This document shows positions 55,934-64,000 of a stretch of 64,000 nt of DNA, one piece after another. Numbering within the stretch: position 1 is the stretch's first letter; every line of letters begins with the position of its first letter. The translations under genes and the position numbers were made by a program. The notes beneath the pieces were generated by a model. The model worked only from the letters and a program-made list of their open reading frames with translations. It did not search any database and was not told where the DNA came from. Source of the stretch: Nitrospira sp. (lineage in GTDB: Bacteria > Nitrospirota > Nitrospiria > Nitrospirales > Nitrospiraceae); the NCBI GenBank assembly GCA_030123605.1, contig CP126123.1, positions 3,437,237 to 3,501,236 of the forward strand, in the 5' to 3' direction.

Positions 55934-57457
55934 ATGCCCATGGCCTGTTCCGCGCAGTCGTCCGACCGCCCTCAATACGATCCGCAGGTGTTGTTGAACT
56001 CGCAGCCGGTCATCGTATCGGTGATCGATCCTACGACCCATGCCGTGCAGTTTCAAAACCAGACTGGTCTGGACACATTCGGCGACATCGTGGGCGCCAA
56101 CTGTTACAAGAGGATCGCGGCCAACAGCGCCCCTTGTGAATTTTGTCGCATGTCGGAGGCGGTGACCAGCGAAGGAGTGGTGTCGGAGGAGGTGGAGATG
56201 CCGAACGGCCGCCATCTCGTGATCCATTGGGCCAAGGCCCTGACCACGGACGGGCGCGTTCATGTCGTCGAAACGATCGTCGATGTGACGAAACACAAAC
56301 AGGCCGAACAGGGGTTACGGCAGTCGCAAAAGATGGAAGCGCTCGGGCGTCTGGCGGCCGGCATCGCGCATGACTTCAATAATCTGCTCATGGTCGTGAC
56401 GGGCCATGCGCAGCGGGTCATGCAGCAGTTGGGGACGCACCCTTGCCGCCATGAGATCGAAGTGATCGGCCAGGCCGGCTCCAGGGCTGCGGCCTTGACG
56501 AAGAAGTTGTTGACGTTCAGCCGCCGTCAGGTGCTGGAACAACGGGAGGTGCCTCTCAACACGTTGATCCGCGAGATGGAGGACATCCTGCGGCGTCTGA
56601 TCGGGGAACAGATCCAGACGGTCATCGTGCTCGATCCTCAGGCCGGGTATGTGTTGGGAGACTCCGTACAAATCGAGCAGGTGCTCCTCAATCTGGCGCT
56701 CAATGCACGTGATGCCATGACGGAGGGAGGTATCCTGACGATCGAGACGGGCAATGTCGATCTGGACGAGGCCTACGTTCGCACTCACCCCGGGGCTATG
56801 CCTGGTCCCTACGTCAAGATCGTGGTGGAGGACACAGGCTGCGGGATCGATGCCGAGACCCTGGCGCATATCTTTGAGCCGTTCTTCAGCACGAAGGAAT
56901 CAGGCAAAGGAACCGGTCTGGGGTTGGCCACGGTGTACGGCATCGTGAAGGAGAACCGCGGCTATATCGATGTGACCAGTCAGCCGTCGCGTGGTTCGCG
57001 GTTCACCGTCATGTTGCCGAGGGTTCCGAAGCAGTTGGCGGAGGTCGAGCCTGTGGTTGCTTCTCTGCCCCTTCCGACCAATCGCGCTACCGTGCTTCTT
57101 GTCGAAGATGATGAGGGAATCAGGCGGCTGGTGGCGGCCGTTCTCCGTGATCAGGGGTATGAAATATTGGAGGCGGCGGACGGCGTCGAGGCCTTGCAAA
57201 TGCTCCAAGTTCGAAAAGGCGGTTGCGACCTGCTGATCACGGATGTGATTTTGCCGAGAATGAAGGCGGCCGTGCTGGCGCAGGGAGCGAAGACGATGCT
57301 GCCTCAGATCAAGGTGCTCTATATTTCCGGCTATGCCGGAGATATGTTGGTAGCTCACGGGGTGGATGCCCAGGCCGCCTATCTCCAAAAACCGTTCCTT
57401 CCGCAGGTGCTCATCGAGAAGGTTGCCGAACTTCTCGTGCCTGTTCGCCTGTCATAG
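55934..57457 (+). CDS. Hybrid sensor histidine kinase/response regulator (PAS-like N-terminus)
   Basis: AHDFNNLL H-box, [28 protein letters not shown]; receiver LLVEDD..TDVILP..KPF. Confidence 0.95.
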   Translation: MPMACSAQSSDRPQYDPQVLLNSQPVIVSVIDPTTHAVQFQNQTGLDTFGDIVGANCYKRIAANSAPCEFCRMSEAVTSEGVVSEEVEMPNGRHLVIHWAKALTTDGRVHVVETIVDVTKHKQAEQGLRQSQKMEALGRLAAGIAHDFNNLLMVVTGHAQRVMQQLGTHPCRHEIEVIGQAGSRAAALTKKLLTFSRRQVLEQREVPLNTLIREMEDILRRLIGEQIQTVIVLDPQAGYVLGDSVQIEQVLLNLALNARDAMTEGGILTIETGNVDLDEAYVRTHPGAMPGPYVKIVVEDTGCGIDAETLAHIFEPFFSTKESGKGTGLGLATVYGIVKENRGYIDVTSQPSRGSRFTVMLPRVPKQLAEVEPVVASLPLPTNRATVLLVEDDEGIRRLVAAVLRDQGYEILEAADGVEALQMLQVRKGGCDLLITDVILPRMKAAVLAQGAKTMLPQIKVLYISGYAGDMLVAHGVDAQAAYLQKPFLPQVLIEKVAELLVPVRLS

Positions 57458-57597
57458 CCTTTCTTAGCAGGGTGATGTTCGGTCGTTCGGTACCTGCCGA
57501 GTCAGAGCCCTCCCCGATCCCTCTCCTCGGATTCCGACGCCGCGTGGAACGCGACGCCGGTGGCCTGCCGAAAGTTTTGACGACTGTGAGAGAAGGT

Positions 57598-57993
57598 TTA
57601 CGAGGGACTGAGAGCGCCGCGGTTTTCTCTCAGAGCGAAGGCCGGGAGCGAGATGACCCGGCTGCTTTCGTCCGGCGTCTGGGCATCCAGAAGCAACTCA
57701 TAGACTTGCTTGACCCGGGCCAGTGTTTCCCCGGATTGGTTCGAAAACTCGACGCCGAAATCATTTTTTTGAGTCCAGGTCACGACGGCATGTTTGATCT
57801 CGGTCGGTTCCAGGCGATCCGGCAGTGAGAATCGCAATGTCAGTCGCATGCCGCAATAGACCTTGGCATCGACCCGATGGATTCGGCAGCCGCGTGGAGA
57901 AAAATTCTGTACCGTACCCTGGCTGGTTCCGTACGGCCCGTGAAACTCGACGGATCGACTCATCTCAACCCGGCTGGCCCTTCGTTTCGGCAT
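57598..57993 (-). CDS. PilZ domain protein
   Basis: RxxxR (RRASR) and NxSxxG (NFSPRG) c-di-GMP motifs; FGVEF. Confidence 0.85.
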   Translation of the reverse strand: MPKRRASRVEMSRSVEFHGPYGTSQGTVQNFSPRGCRIHRVDAKVYCGMRLTLRFSLPDRLEPTEIKHAVVTWTQKNDFGVEFSNQSGETLARVKQVYELLLDAQTPDESSRVISLPAFALRENRGALSPS

Positions 57994-58129
57994 CACAACC
58001 CCCTTTCATGGTGCGACTCCGTTCAACCGTATCAAGAGTCGCGTGGTCGGATAAGCCTCGGAGGCGGTACTTCAGAGGAGGGGCGTCAAGGGGCCTGCTT
58101 CGTTGATGGCTGAAGCTTGGTGCTCGGAA

Positions 58130-59119
58130 TCAGATGGCCGGCTGCATGAGCGAGTCCGCCCATGTTCGGAAGAGGGGGTCCAGCATGAACTGTGAGAAGG
58201 AGATATCCTGCCGAGGGTCCGGCATGGCGTCGCCTGCGCTCCTGTCCTGTTTATTGCGAAAGGCGTTGAGGAGGGATTGCATCGCCTTGCCTCGCTCGTT
58301 CATCTCGGCATAGGTACGGGCCAGATGGTAATGAAACAGGGGATTGGCAGGGTCCTGCGAAAGGCCGTATTCGAAAGTGCTGTGAGCCTGGAGGAATTTT
58401 CCGGTCACGTGATAGGCCGTTCCCAAGTTGTCGATGAGCAGTCGCCAGAGAAGCCTGTCCAGTGTGGAGTTGGATTGTTCCAGCATGAGCGCCTGTTCAT
58501 AATGCGAAATGGCTTCTGCATAGTTCCCCTGGAGGTACGGTACGCTCCCTGCTCGAAAGTGATCGAGGCTGCCGACGGTGGCGGCAGCCTCGATATGGAC
58601 CGTATTCAACATCGCGCGCAATAGCGGTTCGTCGTTCGGTTGGGCGCCGGTCTTCGAGATGTGAATGTCCGCATAAACATTGTCTCTTCCTGTGCACGCG
58701 AACAGATGGAGTTGCCCTGATCGTTGATCCTGCGAGGTCGGAATCAGATATTCGATCACGAGCAGGTGCCGGGCTTCGTCTTGCGTGATGCCCTGCCCGA
58801 TGCTTCCCGCCGATGCCTGAGCAAGGTGTTCCATGTGGCTGCGACAACCCTGATCCGTTGCCTGCCCGGAGACCGCCTCCAAAGTGACTGAGAGGCTCAT
58901 CGACGTTGTAGCGTCGGTCGCAAAGAAGTACCGTCGCCCATCCGGTTTCATCCCGTCCATGTGAACCTTGTAACCGGTGATATCCACGGCCACAGCCCAA
59001 GGCTTTTCGACAAAGGCGATCGTTGCCCTCTGTCGTGGCTGCTCTGCAGTGGCGATGCCGACGGACAGAGCGGCGACCACGAGCGCTGCGAGCGAGAGGG
59101 CTTTCGTTGACGACGACAT
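58130..59119 (-). CDS. Exported TPR-containing protein
   Basis: Signal peptide; TPR-like helices (GNYAEAISHYEQAL, DNLGTAY, DPANPLFHYHLARTYAE). Confidence 0.8.
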   Translation of the reverse strand: MSSSTKALSLAALVVAALSVGIATAEQPRQRATIAFVEKPWAVAVDITGYKVHMDGMKPDGRRYFFATDATTSMSLSVTLEAVSGQATDQGCRSHMEHLAQASAGSIGQGITQDEARHLLVIEYLIPTSQDQRSGQLHLFACTGRDNVYADIHISKTGAQPNDEPLLRAMLNTVHIEAAATVGSLDHFRAGSVPYLQGNYAEAISHYEQALMLEQSNSTLDRLLWRLLIDNLGTAYHVTGKFLQAHSTFEYGLSQDPANPLFHYHLARTYAEMNERGKAMQSLLNAFRNKQDRSAGDAMPDPRQDISFSQFMLDPLFRTWADSLMQPAI

Positions 59120-59467
59120 CGGTTCTCCCGGCCCTGCAACGATTGGGCAGGACTGTGATACGTTGCCCGTATTCTAGCGCTCGCGTCCCATCGGCCCAAG
59201 CAAAAGCATGAAACAAGCTTGTTCACGTCAGCAGGCGCCGTCAGCGGTTAAGGGTGTGGTCTCGCGATCAGCCCGATAACCTCAACGTCGAGCTGACGCC
59301 TCCTGCAACAACGTCGAGGGAAGGGTGGGGTATTTTTCGTCAGCGGTCTTGCCATAAGGAAGGCCGGTCGGTCTGTTCGTCAACGAAGACAAGGCATAAC
59401 GACATAATCGACTGGTCGGGTACCGGCTTTGCAGGAGTCTGTCTTGTCCGGGCGGAGTTGTCGGTGT

Positions 59468-59911
59468 TCAGGCAGCGGCAGCCGTAGAGGCCGTGCCGAG
59501 CAATTTCTTGACACTGGCGTGTGCAAGAACCACATCCGGCGTTCGTTGCAGGGCTTCATAGTAGCTGCGTTCGAATCCGTCGCCTTGTTCCGACGGACGG
59601 AGCATCGCGCGGGCCTCCGAGAGCAGTTCCTGTGTATCCTCGATCGAGGTGTCCTCCTGGCCTTCCAGGACGACATCGATACGTACCACGAGGTGCGACA
59701 GGGGATGAAGCCAGGCGAACCAGGGATCGTTCATGACAAGCTGCAACAGCTGTCCTGCCGAAGAGACGCGCCCATAGATGCGTTCATAGGTGAGCTGTTC
59801 TGAGACGATCAAGGATTTGTGCAGGGCAAGCAACCCGTGGCGAAGATCTTTCAGGCTGTGGCGCAGACTATCCGGCAGCGGATTCGGTGTCGACCAGGAC
59901 GAACGTGTCAT
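59468..59911 (-). CDS. Hypothetical protein
   Basis: Helical ORF with normal composition (LLQLVMNDPWFAWLHPLS); RBS-like sequence upstream. Confidence 0.7.
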   Translation of the reverse strand: MTRSSWSTPNPLPDSLRHSLKDLRHGLLALHKSLIVSEQLTYERIYGRVSSAGQLLQLVMNDPWFAWLHPLSHLVVRIDVVLEGQEDTSIEDTQELLSEARAMLRPSEQGDGFERSYYEALQRTPDVVLAHASVKKLLGTASTAAAA

Positions 59912-60070
59912 ATATCACCAATTCTAGCAGATCCACAGCGACAAGCGACGGCTGTTCCCACCACAGGAACGAGGCCCTCTCCAGGGCCGGTACTTCCGTC
60001 CTTCATGGATACTGTATCGGCGGGTTTTCGCCGGGATTGAGCCCCGTGTCGGTCGCAAGAAAGATTTTCT

Positions 60071-62785
60071 ATGGCAGCGCGCGGCAGGGTTGAACAGGGC
60101 ACAAAAAGCCTGCCACGGTGGTTCGCCCGTTCCGCTGAAGAACTTGGACAGGAACTTGGCGTTTCTCTGTCCGAAGGCCTGACCCAAGCTGAAGCCCTGC
60201 GCCGTCTGGCGGCCCATGGATCCAATGAACTCCCAGAAGCTCCGCCGCCCTCCCCCTGGCACATCTTTCAGACGCAATGTACCAGCCTGATTGTCTGGGT
60301 CCTCATCGGTGCCGCCGTTATTTCCGGGCTCCTGGGCGAATGGATCGATACCGGCGCCATCCTGGCCATCGTCCTGTTGAACGCGCTCCTGGGATTCGTC
60401 CAGGAATACCGAGCCGAGCAGTCGCTGGCGGCCTTGAAAACCATGGCCGTTACCCATGCGCGGGTGATTCGAAACGGCCTGCGCAGTTCGCTCTTGTCTC
60501 GTGATCTGGTGCCCGGCGACCTCATCGACGTAGAGGCCGGCGATCGTGTCCCGGCCGACGTGCGACTCATTCATGCCTCATCCTTACGGACACAGGAAGC
60601 GGCGCTCACGGGTGAATCCACTTCGGTCGACAAGGTCGATAGTCCTCTGGCCGAAGGCGACCTTCCCTTGGCCGATCAACGGAACATGTTGTTTTTGGGG
60701 ACGACGATCACGGGAGGGAAGGGGCGGGCGCTCGTCGTTGCGACCGGCATTGAAACAGCGTTGGGCCGGATCGCGACGCTGATGACGACCGTCTCGGTCG
60801 AGCCGACACCGTTACAGCGACGCTTGGAACAATTCGGCCAGGTGCTGCTGCTGTTGTCGCTCGGGATTGTCGCCGTCGTGTTTGCCCTGGGACTGTGGCG
60901 AGGCGAGCCGGCCTTCAACATGTTTTTGACGGCCGTCAGCCTGGCAGTCGCGGCGATTCCGGAAGGATTGCCGGCGATCGTGACGACGACGCTGGCCCTC
61001 GGCGTGATGCGCATGGTGAAGCGGCATGCACTCATCCGCCGATTACCGGCCGTCGAAACGCTCGGAGCGGCGACGGTGATTTGTACCGACAAGACCGGAA
61101 CCCTCACAAAAAACGAAATGACGGTCACACGCCTCTACGTCGACGGGCTGGTGTACGACGTGACAGGGGAAGGGTATGGACCGCAGGGCCAGATCGTCGG
61201 GGGTGATCCTCGTAAGGGCGGTTTGCAGGATCTCCTGATGAGCGCGCTGTTGTGTAACGGCGCCTCACTCAAGAAGGTGAACGGAAGTTGGACGGTGGTG
61301 GGCGATCCGACGGAAGGGGCCTTACTGGTGGCGGGAGCCAAGGCAGGATTGTGGAAGGAGGCGTTGGAGTCGGTACAGCCCTTCGTGGCGGAAATTCCTT
61401 TCGACTCAGATCGCAAGATGATGACGGTCGTGCGACGTTCAGGAGCGCAATGGATGGCCTATGTGAAGGGCGCGCCGGATCTGTTGCTCAGCCATTGCAG
61501 CGACTACCTGACGGCTACGGGCGAGGCGCGCCCCCTGGCCGGTGAGACTCGTGACCGGATTGCGGCGACCGATCGGCAGTTTGCCCGGCAGGCGCTGCGC
61601 GTTGTCGGGCTGGCGCAGCGGCGGCTCGGTCCGACACCGGTGACGGTACGGGCCGATGTCGTTGAACAGGGGTTGGTCTTCATCGGTTTGGCTGCCATGA
61701 AAGATCCCCTGCGCCCGGAAGTCAAAGCGGCGGTGGAGCTGTGCCGATCGGCTGGGATCACCACGGTGATGATTACCGGCGACCACAAGGAGACGGCCTT
61801 GGCGATCGCGCGTGAGGCGGGCTTCCCGACCGGCCCGGCCCAGGCCCTGTCCGGCCTGGAGTTGAACGCATTGACCGATGCCGAATTGGCGGGGCGAGTC
61901 CAGGATCTCTCGGTCTACGCGCGGGTCTCGGCGGAACACAAGCTCAGGATCGTCAAGGCTTGGCGCGCGCGAGGAGCGATCGTCGCCATGACCGGGGATG
62001 GGGTGAACGATGCGCCGGCGTTGCGGGAAGCGGATATCGGCATTGCCATGGGGATGACGGGAACGGATGTGACGAAGGAAGCGTCGGACATGGTCGTGAC
62101 CGACGACAACTTCGCCTCGATTGCCGCCGCGGTCGAGGAGGGCCGGATCATCTATGACAACATCCGCAAGGCTGTGCACTATCTTCTGTCCTGCAATCTG
62201 AGCGAGGTGTTGGTGATGTTGGGCAGCACGTTGGTGGGCTGGCCCTTGCCGCTGCTGCCGGTTCAGATTCTGTGGATCAATCTAGTGACGGACGGGTTTC
62301 CAGCCTTGGCCTTGGCGGTCGATCCGGCGGACCCCGATGCCATGAAACGGCCGCCCCGAGATCCTCAGACCAAGTTGCTGGGTCGGGAACGAATGTTGGC
62401 GGTAGGCTTGCAGGGGAGCGTGATGGCGCTGACGACCTTGGCGGTGTTCTGGGTCGCCCTGTCCATCTGGGAAGATGATGTCTCGTCGGTACGGACCATG
62501 ACCTTCACGACACTCGTGTTGGTGCAGCTCCTCCACGCATTCAGTTGCCGCCACGAACGGTACTCCTTGTTCCGGATCGGCGTGACGAGCAATCGGACAT
62601 TGGTGGCCGCGGTGTCGCTCTCCGCCCTCCTGCAGGTGGGGATTCTAGTGAGCCCTTGGGGGCAGGAGATTTTCAGACTCGTTCCGCTTCGAGGCGACGA
62701 GTGGTGGCTGATGGTGGGACTCGGAGTCCTACCCTTCGCGGCCATGGAATTGTGGAAGGCATGGAGCAGAATGAGAGGGACCTGA
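60071..62785 (+). CDS. P-type ATPase, Ca2+-transporting P2A-like
   Basis: TGES, VAAIPEGL, DKTGT, GDGVND, QILWINLVTDG. Confidence 0.94.
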   Translation: MAARGRVEQGTKSLPRWFARSAEELGQELGVSLSEGLTQAEALRRLAAHGSNELPEAPPPSPWHIFQTQCTSLIVWVLIGAAVISGLLGEWIDTGAILAIVLLNALLGFVQEYRAEQSLAALKTMAVTHARVIRNGLRSSLLSRDLVPGDLIDVEAGDRVPADVRLIHASSLRTQEAALTGESTSVDKVDSPLAEGDLPLADQRNMLFLGTTITGGKGRALVVATGIETALGRIATLMTTVSVEPTPLQRRLEQFGQVLLLLSLGIVAVVFALGLWRGEPAFNMFLTAVSLAVAAIPEGLPAIVTTTLALGVMRMVKRHALIRRLPAVETLGAATVICTDKTGTLTKNEMTVTRLYVDGLVYDVTGEGYGPQGQIVGGDPRKGGLQDLLMSALLCNGASLKKVNGSWTVVGDPTEGALLVAGAKAGLWKEALESVQPFVAEIPFDSDRKMMTVVRRSGAQWMAYVKGAPDLLLSHCSDYLTATGEARPLAGETRDRIAATDRQFARQALRVVGLAQRRLGPTPVTVRADVVEQGLVFIGLAAMKDPLRPEVKAAVELCRSAGITTVMITGDHKETALAIAREAGFPTGPAQALSGLELNALTDAELAGRVQDLSVYARVSAEHKLRIVKAWRARGAIVAMTGDGVNDAPALREADIGIAMGMTGTDVTKEASDMVVTDDNFASIAAAVEEGRIIYDNIRKAVHYLLSCNLSEVLVMLGSTLVGWPLPLLPVQILWINLVTDGFPALALAVDPADPDAMKRPPRDPQTKLLGRERMLAVGLQGSVMALTTLAVFWVALSIWEDDVSSVRTMTFTTLVLVQLLHAFSCRHERYSLFRIGVTSNRTLVAAVSLSALLQVGILVSPWGQEIFRLVPLRGDEWWLMVGLGVLPFAAMELWKAWSRMRGT

Positions 62786-62795
62786 GAGGGGCACT

Positions 62796-63683
62796 CTACG
62801 GTGCGGACGGGGGCGTCGCCCAGATGCCGGTGAGTGGGCGGGCCTGCCGACTGTGGCCGACCGGTTGTGCTCCATACATCTCCACGATCGTGCGGAGCAA
62901 TCCATAGTGATCGATTCTTTCGTCGTAACGGCCTTGCCGGACCATCGGCCCCACGAGGATCGTCGGGATCCGATTGTCGGATTTTCCGTTGTCTTCATCC
63001 CAGGTGACGATCAACAAGCTGTTGTGGGTTTTCGCCCATTGCACATAGCGGTCGAGGTTGGTTCTCAGCCACTGGTCCGCACGTTGGATGCGGTCTGGAT
63101 CGAGGCCGTCATGCATGTCGTGCTGCTGATTGGGAACGACGATGCTGACGGTCGGCAGCGTGCTGAGGTCCGTCGGGAAATCCGAGAAGGGGCGATTTTC
63201 CTCGGCCGGAACCTGGTTGACGGGAGACCGTTGCCAATTGACCCAGGGGTTATGTTTGCGCACGTAGGACGCCACGATGCAATCAGTCGATCCGACGGCA
63301 GGGAGATCTTCGGAATATCCGGTGAAGGAATGTCCTGCCTGGGCCAAGGTGCTGCGAAGATTCGGGGCCGTCAATTCAAGGGGACAATTGTTGGCGATGA
63401 TCCCTTCGGTGGAGCCAGCGAACAGGGCGATGTAGTTGGGCTGGCTTGGATGGGTGACGGCGTAGGAATTGGTCAACAGGGCGCCTCGTTGAATCAGGGC
63501 ATTGAGATAGGGAGCTGCCGGTGAATCGACGATCTGGTCGAACGAATGATTTTCCTCGATCACGATCACGATGTGATCGGGCCGGGGCAGCGGCGTCTGA
63601 GCGGAAACCGGTCCGACCTGGAAGAGCACAATCGCCAACGGTACGAGTATCGCAACGACGTATCTGTTCATCAGCATCACCAT
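62796..63683 (-). CDS. Exported phosphoesterase/acid phosphatase (alkaline-phosphatase-like superfamily)
   Basis: IVIEENHSFD, THPSQPNYIALF, YVRKHNPW, HDMHDG, TWDED, DHYGLLRTI. Confidence 0.9.
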   Translation of the reverse strand: MVMLMNRYVVAILVPLAIVLFQVGPVSAQTPLPRPDHIVIVIEENHSFDQIVDSPAAPYLNALIQRGALLTNSYAVTHPSQPNYIALFAGSTEGIIANNCPLELTAPNLRSTLAQAGHSFTGYSEDLPAVGSTDCIVASYVRKHNPWVNWQRSPVNQVPAEENRPFSDFPTDLSTLPTVSIVVPNQQHDMHDGLDPDRIQRADQWLRTNLDRYVQWAKTHNSLLIVTWDEDNGKSDNRIPTILVGPMVRQGRYDERIDHYGLLRTIVEMYGAQPVGHSRQARPLTGIWATPPSAP

Positions 63684-63688
63684 AGGGG

Positions 63689-64000
63689 TCAGGCCGGCAG
63701 TTCGCTCAGCCGCAGGGTGTAGAGATAGTGATAGAGGCCCTGTTGTTCCAGGAGGGCGGTGTGAGTCCCTTCTTCGACGATTCTGCCCTTATTCAGGACG
63801 AGAATACGGTCGGCACGCTGAATCGTGCTGAGCCGATGCGCGACGACGAAGGTCGTGCGGTTGACCATGAGGTGCTCCAGCGCCTGCTGAACCAGCCGTT
63901 CCGATTCGGTATCCAGTGCCGAGGTGGCCTCGTCGAGCAGGAGAATTCGCGGGTTCTTCAGAATCGCGCGGGCAATCGCGACGCGCTGTCGTTGACCGCC
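63689..64000 (-). CDS. ABC transporter ATP-binding domain (MsbA-like), C-terminal part only
   Basis: [39 protein letters not shown]. Confidence 0.93.
   Translation of the reverse strand, partial: GGQRQRVAIARAILKNPRILLLDEATSALDTESERLVQQALEHLMVNRTTFVVAHRLSTIQRADRILVLNKGRIVEEGTHTALLEQQGLYHYLYTLRLSELPA

Noticed and set aside
59230-59307. Imperfect inverted repeat GCAGGCGCCGTCAGC...GCTGACGCCTCCTGC as a riboswitch or ncRNA
   Set aside because: No match to any riboswitch consensus I recognise; such stems are expected by chance at this GC content.
882-63524. Many long antisense or alternate-frame ORFs (e.g. 882..1886, 2641..3825, 17437..18735, 53644..55356)
   Set aside because: Shadow ORFs typical of high-GC DNA, lying opposite well-supported genes and lacking motifs.

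Overview
GC-rich bacterial chromosomal segment. Gene content and intergenic repeat style suggest Nitrospira, but that is inference only. Layout: (1) 1-12.8 kb, a stress/ion-homeostasis region with TerC, a CBS protein, a Na/K-type P-type ATPase, a USP, an MFS, YnfA, a fluoride-riboswitch-led cation/H+ antiporter, an HPF-CSD fusion and an APH-like kinase plus P-loop kinase; (2) a GH13 branching-enzyme-like gene; (3) a tightly coupled minus-strand operon of an M6 metalloprotease with a 61-aa Lys/Glu repeat tail, two ATP-grasp-like proteins and a small unknown protein, which is the best candidate for an undescribed modification system; (4) a 19-43 kb accessory zone with a ~200-bp MITE family, hicBA with a frameshifted toxin, an IS110 remnant, an IS3 inserted into the endonuclease of a PaeR7I/XhoI-like R-M pair, a 1.35k-aa low-GC protein, vapBC, and two islets bounded by duplicated 3' ends of host genes; (5) an arsR-PiT-porin-aioB-aioA-lipoprotein arsenite oxidation operon; (6) USP, czcBA-like RND, hybrid kinase, PilZ, TPR, Ca-type P-ATPase, phosphoesterase and a partial ABC transporter. 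No rRNA, tRNA or CRISPR array was seen. All family assignments come from motif recognition by eye, not database searches.
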